Shown here: piece by piece, positions 41,377 to 55,200 of the stretch | Layout of the letters: the number at the start of each line of letters is the position of its first letter | How positions within the stretch are numbered: the stretch's first letter is position 1 | NCBI RefSeq assembly: GCF_009914755.1 | Contig: NC_060937.1 | Origin: the human T2T-CHM13v2.0 reference genome, Homo sapiens | Direction: 5' to 3' (one strand) | Length of the DNA: 64,000 nucleotides | The notes under the pieces: generated by a model | What the model saw: only the letters and a program-made list of their open reading frames with translations | What the model was told of the DNA's origin: nothing | Database searches by the model: none | Translations under genes and position numbers: made by a program

Positions 41377-42722
41377 CTAGGAAAAATTGCAATGATAGAA
41401 ATTCAATTTATTGTGGAACATTAGTAAAAGTCTTACGATCACCCTATTTCTACTCTCTTGCTATTTTCTCATTTCATTATCAGATGGTCATACAAAATTG
41501 ACATAAATAACTTAAAATTATATTATTCTAATTGGTTAAGGGATTTTGTAAGTTCAGATACTTACTTAAGGATCCTGAATGTGATACAGTACTTAGAACA
41601 CAATTTTTAAAGTGAATATGTTGATGAAGAGACAATCTTGATATAAATAATAAAATGATAAGAAAGGGAGATATGAAATTATCACATATTTAAAATACTT
41701 TAAATGGCAAACAAAAGAAAACAAAAATGACATTATATTTGTATGCAACACTTAAGTTTTAACAAGGGTTTCATGTTTATTCCATAACAAATTCAAGAAT
41801 TCAACTGTCCTGTACCTTTTTATCTATCCAACACTATGTGTCATATTATGCTTTACTCAATGCTATGGGAAATATAATGATAAGTAAAGCAAAAAGTCAC
41901 AACTGTTTATCATATAGCAGCAGGTAAAAGTAGACAGAGTAAGATATAGGACAGAGGGGAAAAATGCTTTCAGGGCTCCAATAAGAAAGAACAGCTATTC
42001 GGAAGTAGTTTGGAGATAGACCATGAGATTTAAATGAATAGGAATGGTGTGGTGGTCTTTTAAATCCAGTGCTGAGATAGGGTGAATGCCAAGAGAGCAA
42101 AAGTTGTCCAGTTTGGTTAATACACACTTTTATGTTTCTCAGATAATACTAAGAAATTTAGAAGGGTATGTGGGACAATAACGTGGATAACTTTAATGCC
42201 CTAAGAGGAGTGAAATAAACTGGCCATAAGGAACCACTGAAGATTTTGTGGCATTGGAATTTAATGATTAGAACCAGGCTTCAGGAAGGTTGAGTGGTAA
42301 TGTACAGCAGAAATTAGAGTATTAGGGGGATCACTTTAGATGAAACATGAGATGAGGCTAACAGCAGTTTTTAAGAATTGGAGAAAGGGGAGGTAAGGAT
42401 GGCTTACAAATTTCAAGTCTGAACATTGACACTGGTACTGCCAATTGTGGGGAAAAGACAACAAAAAAAACCAATTATTTATTGGGGGGAAAGAAAATTG
42501 CATATGTTTTAGATAACTTTTGTTTAAAGATGCAGATGGTATATCCAAGGATAAATGCTAAGATAAACAATAGAAATATTCTACTGAGGTTCCAAGAAGA
42601 AACAAGTCCAAACAACAAGCGTAGGTTTACTGTTTGTATGCACTAAAGTGATAGTTGAAACCATGATAAGTGCATTTAAAGAGCAGAGTCAAGTGCTGGA
42701 AGAAATTCTTATAAGTTCCATT

Positions 42723-42959
42723 CTTTTTATTTTTATTTTTACTTTTTATTATTATACTTTAAGTTTTAGGGTACATGTGCACAACGTGAAGGTTTGTTAC
42801 ATATGTATACATGTGCCATGTTGGTGTGCTGCACCCATTAACTCGTCATTTAGCATTAGGTATATCTCCTAATGCTATCCCTCCCCCCTCCTCCCACCCC
42901 ACAACAGTCCCTGGTGTGTGATATTCCCCTTGCTGTGTCCATGTGTTCTCATTGCTCAA
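42723..42959 (-). mobile_element. Young L1PA 3'-end fragment
   Basis: ttattatactttaagttttagggtacatgtgcacaacgtg... closely matches the recent L1 3' UTR. Confidence 0.92.
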
Positions 42960-43761
42960 TTCTTTAAGGCAAGGAAGAAGATGAGTCAGCAAAAGGAACT
43001 GGAGAGGTGGTTAGAGATGCGGTGAAAGACAACCAGAGGAGCGATTTCTATAATCAAGCAATTAACCACACAGCTAGTGTAGCAAGATAATGCCTACAGA
43101 TATATACCTACATTTTATTATGTATATTTCACTCTAGTAATAATTATCAATTCATCTCCATATCTAGTAGAAAGTAGGAATGTATTTTTATATCAGTTTT
43201 ATAGATTCGGAAATTGAGTAATAATTTAAGGCATTGTAAATTAGACTGTGCACAAAAGTCTGAAAATCAAATGTATTTTCACATTTCATTTAACTATCCA
43301 CATACATGTATACAAATTTGACAACCTGAACATCCATATATATACATATAATTAAACATACGTAATAAAATATTGCTGTATAATACTGCTTATGATAATT
43401 TTAAATTTCAGTAGGCTTCTTAACTTACCTTTCTGTTAGACATGTTATCTGAAATTACATACATATCCTCACAAACAAACAGGAAAGAGGAAAGGAGTAA
43501 AATAGAATAGTAAGTGCCCTTTTAGCTGATTCTTGATTCCCCTTCTTAAAAAAATTAAAGTATAAGTCTCCTGGAGATTTATTCTATTTACGGATGTATT
43601 AAGATATTTTACTTCCCTTAATAACTCATCCCTTTAGGTATTCTCATATATGTACAATAGAAAGATATAAAATTTCTACTAATATCCAAGTTAATAAGTC
43701 AGTTAAAATGAAATAACAATAACAGCAAAAAATAAATATATTGATAAAAATAATGAATTAC

Positions 43762-43919
43762 AGAATCCAAGTTGTCCCAAGCCTCATTACTCGGTGCAAA
43801 GTAAGTGAAGGATCCCTTTCCCTCGATCTCCTCCCTCAGTTTTGAGGCGTCAGAATAGCGCTGCGTTGTGGTGGCTCCCACGATGCCCAGAGTGCCATAA
43901 ACATGGTCAATGGGCAAAA
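43762..43919 (-). CDS. POSTN: POSTN exon 4 (FAS1-1, LPIDHVY...WDNLDS)
   Basis: Lies within ORF 43699..43983; ttcag|TTT, TCT|gtaatt; 158 nt. Confidence 0.97.
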
Positions 43920-45489
43920 CTGAAATAATCAAGAAATGAATCAGTACTGGGGATAATATTCTCAGGATATTATTCATAATCATTTAAACTTTATGCTGTG
44001 TTTCCCAAGACATTTAGCTAATAATTTTAGCAATACAATTATATGAATAATCATTTTTATATAAAAGTTATCTTTTGAGTGCTAAATAATAAAATGCTAC
44101 TGAAAAACATTATTTTACATATCCTTTGTGTTGAGGAAAAAAAAATTTAAACTGTCATCCTGGTTTAACATTTAACCTATTTAGATCTCAATCCTGCTAT
44201 GTCAATAATAATTCAATTATAATTCAATATTATCTGTTATTTAAATCTATCATTTTTATAGATTTGGGTCCCTAAAAATATGTAGGCCTGCTTGTTTTCA
44301 TTACAATTTCTGGGAGCAAATGATTTAAAATATTCAATCCTTCCAGATTATTTCTCCCGAACGTCAGAAGAAAGATTCATGAATGAATGTCAGCCTGAAG
44401 GGATTTATCTGGTAATGTGCAGTCAACTTATTTTTTCTGACCCTATTTATTTGAAAATTAGTATAATTTGATTAATAGCATAGAATCAATGGTTATTAAA
44501 TTTGTGAATATCCTTAGATTTGGTGACACAACTATTAAGTATAAAACCAGGATTTTAAAAGACCCTAAAAAGATGGAGAAATTGAGTCAAAATGAACAAG
44601 GTTAAATTTAACAAGGTTCCATGTAATTCCTATGCCTAAATTGAGAAAAACAAATCCTAGAGACCTGACTTAATAGTGTATGTAAAAAAAACTGTAATCA
44701 ATTTTAATTGATTCTAAATTCAATATAAGCTAATGATGTAACATGGTTACCAATGACATTATCCAAAGTGCAAGGTGTCCCCAAATCAGGTACTTATCTT
44801 GGTATTGTCTTAAATGCTCAGACCCACATGGATGGACTTTAAATATCAGTCTAGGTTTGTATTCAGAAGAAAGATTACTGGACTAGAGACTTTCTGTGGG
44901 TTGGTGTTATAATGGGGAGGGCTTCAAAGTCTGTGTCATATTAAAAGAATTGGGGATGGTTAGCCAGAGAATAGAAGACTTTATTCAAGAAGAGAAGGTA
45001 GCTGGAGGAAAGGTGTGGTGATTGGCATGAAATATCTGAATGGCTGCCATTTCAAAGAGGAAATAGATGAGCTATTTTTTTTTTCTCTAGTTGGCAGAAG
45101 TAGAGGAAACCAAATTTCAATATAAAGAATATTATAAAATCAGAGCTGTTCAACTAGAGAAGATGAAGTTTTGCCAAGTAGTTGAGTTCCATGTTCCTAG
45201 ACAAGTTCAAAGAACAGGATTTTGTAAAGAGTTTTGTTCCTGAAGGGAAGCTGAACTAATTTAAATTTGTGACTAAGTTTCTGTTGTATTGCCCAGCATC
45301 CAGTGCATGAGAAATATGCTGTTATATTTTATCATTCATAAATTCATGATTAACACAAAAATAGGAGGGATATATCTTGGATTTAGGATGGTGCTGAATA
45401 CACACATACACAATTGGCTTCTCCACAAGCCACCTCAACCCTTTCTTTGCATATAATTCCTTATTTAATTCAAAAAATTGAGATTTTAC

Positions 45490-45554
45490 CTGCTGGGCAG
45501 CCTTTCATTCCTTCCATTCTCATATAACCAGGGCAACATTCATATAACACAGTC
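45490..45554 (-). CDS. POSTN: POSTN exon 3 (TVLYECCPGYMRMEGMKGCPA)
   Basis: tacag|GAC, CAG|gtaaaa; 65 nt. Confidence 0.97.
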
Positions 45555-45663
45555 CTGTACATAGGAAGAAAATTAATATTAAAATGAGAAACTAAATAGG
45601 ATACATTTTGACATAAATTTGACAAAATATTTCACTTATTGACTTGATTTGTTGAGGTTCTAA

Positions 45664-45988
<325 letters not shown>

Positions 45989-48900
45989 GATTTTTTCTAT
46001 ATTTCTATGAGTTTGATTTCTCACTACAGTCTCATGTTACTATAGAAAAGTTCCATAATGTTGATCCAGAAGAACGACATTTGGGTCCTAGTTCTACTAC
46101 TTGGTTGACATGTGAACCTTGAGCAAGTCATTTAATCAATAGGAGTCCCTGTTTCCCCAAGCATTTAACATGAATATAGTAGCTATAATATCTACTCACA
46201 GAGTAATTGTGAATCTCAAATGAAATAATGCTTTTGAAATCATTTTGTAAACTAAAAATGGCTAGAAATCTGCTTTAATATAATTGGAAACATAAGAAAA
46301 TACATTGACCCATTGGAGTCCGTAACATGCTATCTCATTGCTAGATAAAATAATGCCATATTTGGTTTGAATTGTTGGTAGGATTATTAATTGTATTATA
46401 TTATATATAAACTTTAAAATCTTTTTATTTTTGTAAAATTTGATAAAAATAATCTAAGTAAGTTTATTTTAATATTAGAGTTTAGTATTCAAGAAAGTGG
46501 CATCCTGTTTAAAGTTAACGAAGTGTGTTAAGTTCTATAGGCAATAATTAAGGTAACAGACCAGAAAATTCAAGATATCACGATATACAAAAAATAAGTT
46601 TATCTAATTTACTATATTTTGAGGGAAAATAATAATTTAAAATTATATATAATTGCTTACAAAATAAAAACTGATTATATTAATGTATAATTATATTATT
46701 AATATTATAATATAATCCTAATTTTTATTTTTTCGCATTTCATAGAATATTTTCTGGACTTCATCATCTAACATAGGTAGCCTATTTTAACTCAAATTTT
46801 ACATAGTTACTTATGTTTCCTTTCAAAAGAAATATAAAGGTACATGTACCAAACAATTAGAAATAGGGGGATTATTACAAGTAAAAAATAAATGCACATC
46901 GTTTTGTAATTTTTAATTGATAAATATCATGTCAAACAGATTATGACAATTATAGATTAATTATTTTGCAATTCACTAATTAAACATGAATCAGCTTATT
47001 CAAATGCTATTTCTTTTCTGGCTTTTTATCCAGTTGTCTTAATTGTATTCAAGAAGTATGAATGAATAAAATAATTTAGACATGAAAGAGATCGCCAAGT
47101 ATAAGAATAAAATCTTTTTTTAGTATGATAAAAATGATAAAAGCAAACTATCAAGAAGCAAAAATTTTAATGATATAAAAGATGATTTTATAGAGTTGAA
47201 TAAAAGTAAATAAATGTTTTCAAATTGAACCCTGCTACACTAAGTAATTATCTAGGATTTGTAGTCTGGTTTATAACCTTGGATCCTCATTCTTTATTTG
47301 TTAATAAAAAATTCCTGGCATGAAATATTGGCTTAAGAATAATAGATAGCTAAAAATACAGACAAAATTAAATGGGAAATACCCACTTCAAGTTATTCTC
47401 TAATTTTAATATAGTTTGAAGAATAGTTGGTATTGGAAACATATAAAAGGTATATAGGAGCCTTATGCAAATCATAATAGAGCCTCTAAATAATTTTATT
47501 TACATGAGCTCTTGTAAATAAATCTAATTATTGGATGTCAAAAGATTGATTAAGAATTGCTTATATATTAGCTTTAGCATATGTTGTAAACAATTTAAAA
47601 AATGAGATACAAATGTGCTTAGTCCATAGATTGATAATACTTACTTGAAGTAAAATAGTGAATAGAAAAGGAAATTTAACAAAAAATTATTATTAGCAAA
47701 TGCTAATATGACAAGGGTCAGTCATAATGTAGAGAATTAATGCAGTAGATGAGATAAAATTCCAGCAGTTCATTGTAATATCATCAGATAATTGAACAAT
47801 GTGGTTATCTCTGAGCGGATATTTTGAAAAGAAAAAAAAAGCAGTTTTTTTCAGAAGAACATTTATGCTACCCAAAACTCAATGTTCCCATATGGTCAGT
47901 AGGGCAAAACAAGAGTAAAAAAATATTGCTATACATAGCTCTAAACATGAGAAATTTATTTTTGTTTTCAGAATAGTATCTAACATTTCATGAGATGCCA
48001 GCTAAAAATATCACAGACATTCTCTAGAGGAAGTTTCCAGAATACTATATTACTAGACCAATATATATTTTGGACAATATCTTGACCCTAGGAAGCTTCA
48101 CGTTTTTCATTAGGCCTGCTCAGTTTACTTTTCTCAAATCCCCAGAGCAACTGTTCAGCTGAAAGGCAAACATTTCTGTCATCTGATCATAAAGTCCTGA
48201 TGATATCTCTGGAAATTTCAGCAGAAGCAAGCAGATGGCAGACCAGTCAGTCTTCCTGTCAATAGTATTGATTTCTTTGGTTATTTGAAATTAGCATTTA
48301 CATTTATTTCAGTGCCCAGACGTAACTATGTTTTTGAAAATGAATCTACTTTAGAAAAATAAGCTAATACAATTGAACAAAGGAGACACTGTTACATTTC
48401 TGGTTAAAAAAAAAAAAAGCCAGGCTTCAAAGTAGTGATTTTTTTTTTTTTTAATGGAAAGCAAGAAAGAATTTTGGCATAGCCTCTGTACAAGCCTTGA
48501 CATCTCTCATATATTTAGATGGTTAAAGTAAATTTATGGCATTCTTCTCTATCTTCTAGGAAGGATGTAATAAGCATTCTCCCTAACATTTCAGGGTGAA
48601 GGTCCTTTCTTATCTAGTTAAGTGTGCATTTCAAATATGCTTCATGGTATCCAAGAATATAAATAACAAAGAGGAAAACTCAGAGCCTTAGAGTCCCTAC
48701 TGGGGCCTAGCTTGCAGCATGGCAGAGATCATTGTAACAACTGATTGCATTATAATTGTGTGAATGACTCACAAGTCTAGCAGAAGTCTGCACAATAATA
48801 GGAATAATGTTCAGGTCAAAAGATAACATCATGTTGAAACTCTATTAAGCCAATGAGCAGGAGATGGTCAGCAAAGTCCTCTGGTGCCCTAGACTTGGTT

Positions 48901-49167
48901 ACCATGTGGAGATGCAACCCAGCTAAGCTTAAATGCCTTGTATACATGGTTCTTACTTAGAAATAAAGAGAATCTTGTGCATTTCAAATAGGCATCTGGT
49001 CACAACTTCCTTTCCTGTCTACATCTATGCATTTGTTTAAAAGAGTTTAATTTTAAGAACAATTGATATTATGCATTATGGTTACTTAGTAATTTCACAT
49101 TTATCAATTCATTTTATTTTCTCAGAAACTCTATAATATAGCTATTAAATCCATGTTTTACAGGTAA

Positions 49168-49500
<333 letters not shown>

Positions 49501-50577
49501 TAGGATTTATACCAATATTATTAACTTAGAAATAAGTTTCTAATAAATTATTCCACCCGAACTTAGGGTAACTGAATTTTAATGCTGATGTATTAAGCAG
49601 GTTCTTCCTGGGGTCTTTTGATTCTCAAGGGATCCTTCACTGAGGGTGGACTTCAAATTAATAGGAAGCAGGAAGGAGCCACTTGCACTGTTTTCTTGAC
49701 TGGGGATGACACCTAAACCTTTCTGATTGCATTACTTGCCCTATTTATGACTGGTCTCCCTCATTGTAAAATAAAGATTTTGGATCACAGGAGTGGTTCT
49801 TGACCTTAATAAGTCCAGAGTGTTTATTACTTTTTTCCACCAATATTTATTGGTAAAATAAACCAGAAGGCATGTCTATTAAGTAATAAATAATGCTTTC
49901 AAATTTTAAGCTAATCAGTGAAACATATGTTAAAACATAATCATCCTTTGGGCTATTGAGATATTAACTATAATGATGAGCTTCCGTTATCACCTTGTGG
50001 ACCTCTGGGGATGGAGCATCTTGAACGGAGAATCACTGGATTAAATAAAGAGATAAAACTCAAGTATTTTTTAACTTTAAACTTTGATGAAAACTCTCCG
50101 GTAAACTGGAATACTTTAGACAATTTCCAAATGACTAGAGACAAACATTAACTTTTTGCCTCAGAAACTCTGATATTTTAAATCAGTTTGTTCTTCTGGC
50201 CCACTTTTTTATAAAATGAGGAAACTAAGTCACAGAGGTTAAGTGACTTGCCTAAGATAAAAGAGGGCCAAACCAGGAGTAGAAACAACATCATTTACTC
50301 ACACGGATTCTATACCCAATCCTGAGCCATGTGATCTGCTTCCTTCTGGCCTCCATGTCACATGGATTCAGGAAGAAATATCTGAGTTCTAATAGTAATA
50401 TTGGAGATGCAGGGAGAACTTCTTTATTCACGTATGTATTCCTTTCTTTTCTTTAAATAACTCTCACAATTTTGGTCAGTATTTTCAAGAAGAATGGTGT
50501 GTACACCCAGGGGAAGGCATATACATCATGATGTTGTTTTTGGAACTGACATATTATGAAAAAAAAAAGAGACTTAC

Positions 50578-50676
50578 GTTTTCTGTCCACAGATGGACTT
50601 TTTATACCAGTTCTTACAAGTGCTGAAGTATTTCTTTTTGGTGCCCAAAATCTGTTGAAGGGCACAGACATTTGGG
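50578..50676 (-). CDS. POSTN: POSTN exon 2 (EMI domain, PNVCALQQ...CGQKT)
   Basis: ccag|CCC acceptor, AAC|gtaagt donor; 99 nt. Confidence 0.97.
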
Positions 50677-52001
50677 CTGGAGGATAGAGGGAAAGGAAAA
50701 AAGTTAATGTCCTAATAATGACTAGTTTTTCGTATCTAAAGATTGGTTGATAGAAGAAAATGTTGAGATGTGGATTTGATATCCAAAGACATGATTCTAG
50801 CCTTGCACAAATCTAATTATTGACACAATCCTACTGAATTGTTGAAAAACCGAAAGTCTACAGGAGGTGGCAGGGAGAGAGAGAAAAATTATACATTTCT
50901 GAGAGTAAAATACAAGCTTTTCAAAAAGTTAACCAACTAGGACTATTCAAACAGTATGAACGTAATTTTATTTCTATGTGCCTTATTACTTTTAATGGTA
51001 GATAATCTACTGACCCTTTTTAAACCAAGCATGTGCTCATTTGGAGGATGGCCATAACTTCAGGGCTCTCTGGAACAATGAGAGGTCAGAGAGCAAAAGA
51101 GACAAGGTTTATTATGTACACAGACACTATACTCTGTAATTTTCTAGGTAAGTAATCACAGAAGTAAATGTGCTAAAATTAACTTTGAAACAATATGGTT
51201 GCACAAAGGAGAATTTATCTTTTTGAATGGAAGTAACAGATCAGAACATCCTCTGTCACAATTTTAAGGTTCCCCTTCCCCTCTTAAAGGGACAGAAGTC
51301 TTTTTTCACTGTAAGTCAAAGAAGCTTGTGAACATTATGAAAATTCCTGTGAGGCATAGGAAGAAGTGCCAAGATCCGCTTAAAAAATTATAAATGGTTG
51401 GATAAGTTACAAAATTATGTGTAATTTTAAAAATGCTTAGTTGTAGTTGCATTAGTTCTATAAAATATAAATTACCTTTGCAAATTTTACAGGATTCAGA
51501 GTTTAAAAGTAACTTAAATGCTTCAAAGAATTCAGAGAACTAGTTACATTACCCAGTATTTAACCTTCATATGTAATTTAAATAAAATTTTCTCTAACAT
51601 CATGTGAGATATTTCAATGCTGTTTGCATACATATGATAGTTCCTAACAATAGATTTTTTAATTTTGAAAACTCAATTTCAGATTTTTGGAAGAAAATAA
51701 AAACATAAATAAATGGAATTATAAAAGAATGCCCAGCTAAATTGTGTTAATTAGATTAGAATTATATAACATTTCATAAGAAAGCAATTATATTCAAGGT
51801 ATTTAGAGAGCAATTAAGTCTTAAAGCTTAAAAGTGCATAGATAAATCACAGAATACTCACATTTTCCTTTTTTTCCTATTACTTTATAATAATTAGGAA
51901 AAAAAACCCTGAGGCATATATGAGAAACTTTATGCATACTTGAACATCTAACAAGCTGAGGAAAAAGAAAAATGGTTTATAAAACCAAACCACTCACTTA
52001 C

Positions 52002-52120
52002 CCTTGGTCCCGACCCCTGATACGACTATGAGCCAAGATCTTGTCATAATGATTGTTGGCGTTTATAGGGTTAACAATAAGCAGCAATAGTAGAGAAAAC
52101 ATGGGTAAAAAGGGAATCAT
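52002..52120 (-). CDS. POSTN: POSTN exon 1 coding part (signal peptide, MIPF...RDQG)
   Basis: ATG at 52120-52118; donor AGG|gtaagt; 119 nt. Confidence 0.97.
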
Positions 52121-52185
52121 CTTGAGTCTCTCCGTTGCAGTTAGTCCCCGAAGAGAACTGGCAGTGGGCTTTGGAGAGCTCAGAA

Positions 52186-52193
52186 TTTATATA
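52186..52193 (-). promoter_or_regulatory. POSTN TATA box (TATATAAA)
   Basis: About 30 nt upstream of an Inr-like CCAGTTC (A at 52159) and about 70 nt upstream of the ATG. Confidence 0.8.
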
Positions 52194-52245
52194 CATGTCA
52201 GAGTTGTGGGAGGGAACACTGCATCAACCTGAGAGTCTGAACTCT

Positions 52246-52254
52246 TTCCAGGAA
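52246..52254. promoter_or_regulatory. GAS/STAT-type palindrome TTCCAGGAA in the proximal promoter
   Basis: Exact TTC-N3-GAA about 55 nt upstream of the TATA box; binding not shown by sequence. Confidence 0.55.
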
Positions 52255-55200
52255 GCATCGGCAACTTCAAATTGCCAGCTAAGATTTGTTTTGGTTAGTT
52301 ATATTTAAGGAACACATTGAGCTACTTTTCCTTTTCATTATAAAGAAGGTACTTATTTTTAATCATATGAACAATTGACTCACTGCATGTTTAAGTCTCA
52401 GTTTTATTCCTTTGTATCTTAGAGGGTTTTTAAGAAAAATTCTTTTGTTGAGTTTTAAGAGATATTCTGCAATCCTTTCCAGAGTAGAATGTATAATGTC
52501 TGTGTGCTCAAGATTATTGTTAGGTGTTATTGCAGTTCACATCAGAACTGAAAGATTATTATTATTATTATTTTTACCAGAAAACAAAGGTAGATGCGAG
52601 TCTGACAATCACAAGGGGGTAAAGGCTGTTGATTAAAAACAAACTCTGGATAGATTTAAAACTTGTGTAAGATATGAAATAAGAATTCTAACTTGCTGAA
52701 GAACCATGTAGGAGAGTCCATATTTTCCTTGCTATCGTACAAAAAGGAGAGCTACCTCTCATTTCCTTTCTTTTTCAAATATCAAGGAACATATAGAGTT
52801 AACATAAATCTACTCTGACAAATTTCTCTAAGGTTTGAAATGAAGCAGAAAGGAAAAACATTTGTGCTTTATTGTTTTTCATGACACACTTTATGTGATG
52901 TTGAACATGTCTATGCAGCACATCTACTGATAACCACTGGTGAAAAGCAGCCAATATTGGAAGCAAGTGTTACGAATCTAGAGATAACTAGAACAATTAA
53001 ATACATATTAGGAAACATGGACATTGCCAAAATGATTCTTCTGATTTTATCAAGAATAACTAAAGCCTTTCATTGTTACACTATGCAATCCCTAGCCAAA
53101 GGAATGTGCGTTCTTACTACTCCATGCATATGTCAAATGTTCAGAAAACTTTGGATAAAGGAAATCTGAATATCAGAGGGAAACAATGAGCTGAAATGGT
53201 AACCACAATCAGCTTCCTTGAATAAACAAGCTGCACACCATCCTAAAGTGTAATTCCAATCCATTTTGCTACAAGATGCTCCCTCTGTAATGTCATATCC
53301 ATGTTCTTTTCCCACTGGTGAGATAGAGAGATTTTGTCAGAATTCTCCTTGTTGTTCTATTGGGAAGGCTTTAGGGGAACTGGACTGAACTAGAGAGGAT
53401 TCTGAGTATCCTGAGTTATGCTTAAACTCACTATGGGATATTAAAATATTCTACAACTTGCTGCTTAGTTTATTAAGAAAGCACACAGTGAAAAAACAAA
53501 TGCTGAAATATGATCGAGAGGCCATTTCAATATGAAAATCTTGGGATTAAGTTATAGAAAATGAAGGGGCAATTCAAAAGAAGAGCTGGAGAGGAGATAG
53601 CATAAAAGTTAAATTATATTCTGACCCTGGTCCTTTGTGGAAGGAAGAGTTTAGTCTATCATTTACATTTCTCTGAATGGAATCATTCTGACTTTATGAA
53701 GTCATCTTTTGCTTTATATTATAGCTTTCTATTACTCTTATGTTGTGCAAATGGCAGGTGGTCAGTAACTGCTTATTGATTAGGACGGATAAACTATCAA
53801 TATTATTAAATTAGCTGTTAGGACATTCCTGGTTAAATGGATATATAAAAGTCTTCAACTCTAGACCAGTTAGACATTATAATATAGATTACACTGCTAC
53901 TAATGCCACACTTTTCATCTTTAGACTGATGTAACTACTTACAGACCTTTTTGTAATGAAGCTGATATCTGCTCAAATCCAATAGGGTTTGACTGGAGGT
54001 GAAGGATGAGGTACTCAGAGAAAGAGATATAGACTTGCGTAATAAGTATCAAGGGTAAAAAAATATATATTTTTAAATACAGTCCGGAATGATAACTGAT
54101 AGACCTGATTGTGAATACAAGGAGTGAAGGAAGAATCAAAATTTCCTGCCATGTTGCCTGCTTTCTTAACATTGCCTGGAACGAATTAAAATTTTATTGA
54201 TTATTTTCAAGAACAATTTTAACCTAGTCGTTCTTTGCAACCAGTTTTATGCACTAGTATTAATGGCTTCCATTCATCGTGGCTCTTGCAGTTGTCTAAA
54301 TTGACAAATAATTACATGAAATGAGTAGTGAAGATGGAAATGCAGTCATATTTCAAAAGATTACTTCTCCCTTCTGACAGGTGAGATTAATTTATGCTTT
54401 TTTGTGGAAAGCATGATATATGCTCATACAATTAAAAGAGAGGTCTTAAATCTTTCTTTTCACACTTCAAATAATAGAGACCATAAGTCTATCCATCCTG
54501 AGCATTATTTCTGGAACTTGTGTAAGTCCCATGAAAATCAACAAATAGCAGCCCTCAGTATTTAAAGTTAGGATTAGTAATGACATCACGAAAGATCTTG
54601 ACAATGCAAGCCAGGTGTGCATACAAACTACCTGCAAATTTAGATGTTGGGGAATATCCCAAGAGAAGGAAAAAATTAGGGTAAACATAAAAAGATTATA
54701 GCACTGGAACTTAAAAAGCTAAGGCCAGGCCAGAAGTGTGATATTATATGCCTAATAGTGGGAGGAAGTCTCAGCAAGTTTTCGGTAGGATAAGGGAAGG
54801 AAACAGTTGTAAGAAAGATAATGGAAGAAAGAGTAGTCCAAGTTTTAGAGAAGATATTGAGAATCTTGCAAGGAACATAATTCTTCCCTTTCTGAGCACT
54901 CATCAAGGGTCAAATTTTCTCTCTCTCTTCCCTGCCCCCCACCGTCTCTCTTCACACAGGACCCTTATTCTTCTGCATCAGAAAAAGACAGTGACCCTGG
55001 TGTTGTCCATGTAATTTTCCTGGGAGATGGGAGGAAAATTGAAATGATGATAATTAAGTCTGACTTTCAGGGTTGCAAAATGTGACCCAGAAATATAAGT
55101 CATTCATGAAAACTAAATGGTTTACTATGTAACTGAAGAAAAATAATGTGACTGAAAGAGAGGATCATTTGTTTCTAGCTGTCGGGATGCTAATGTATTG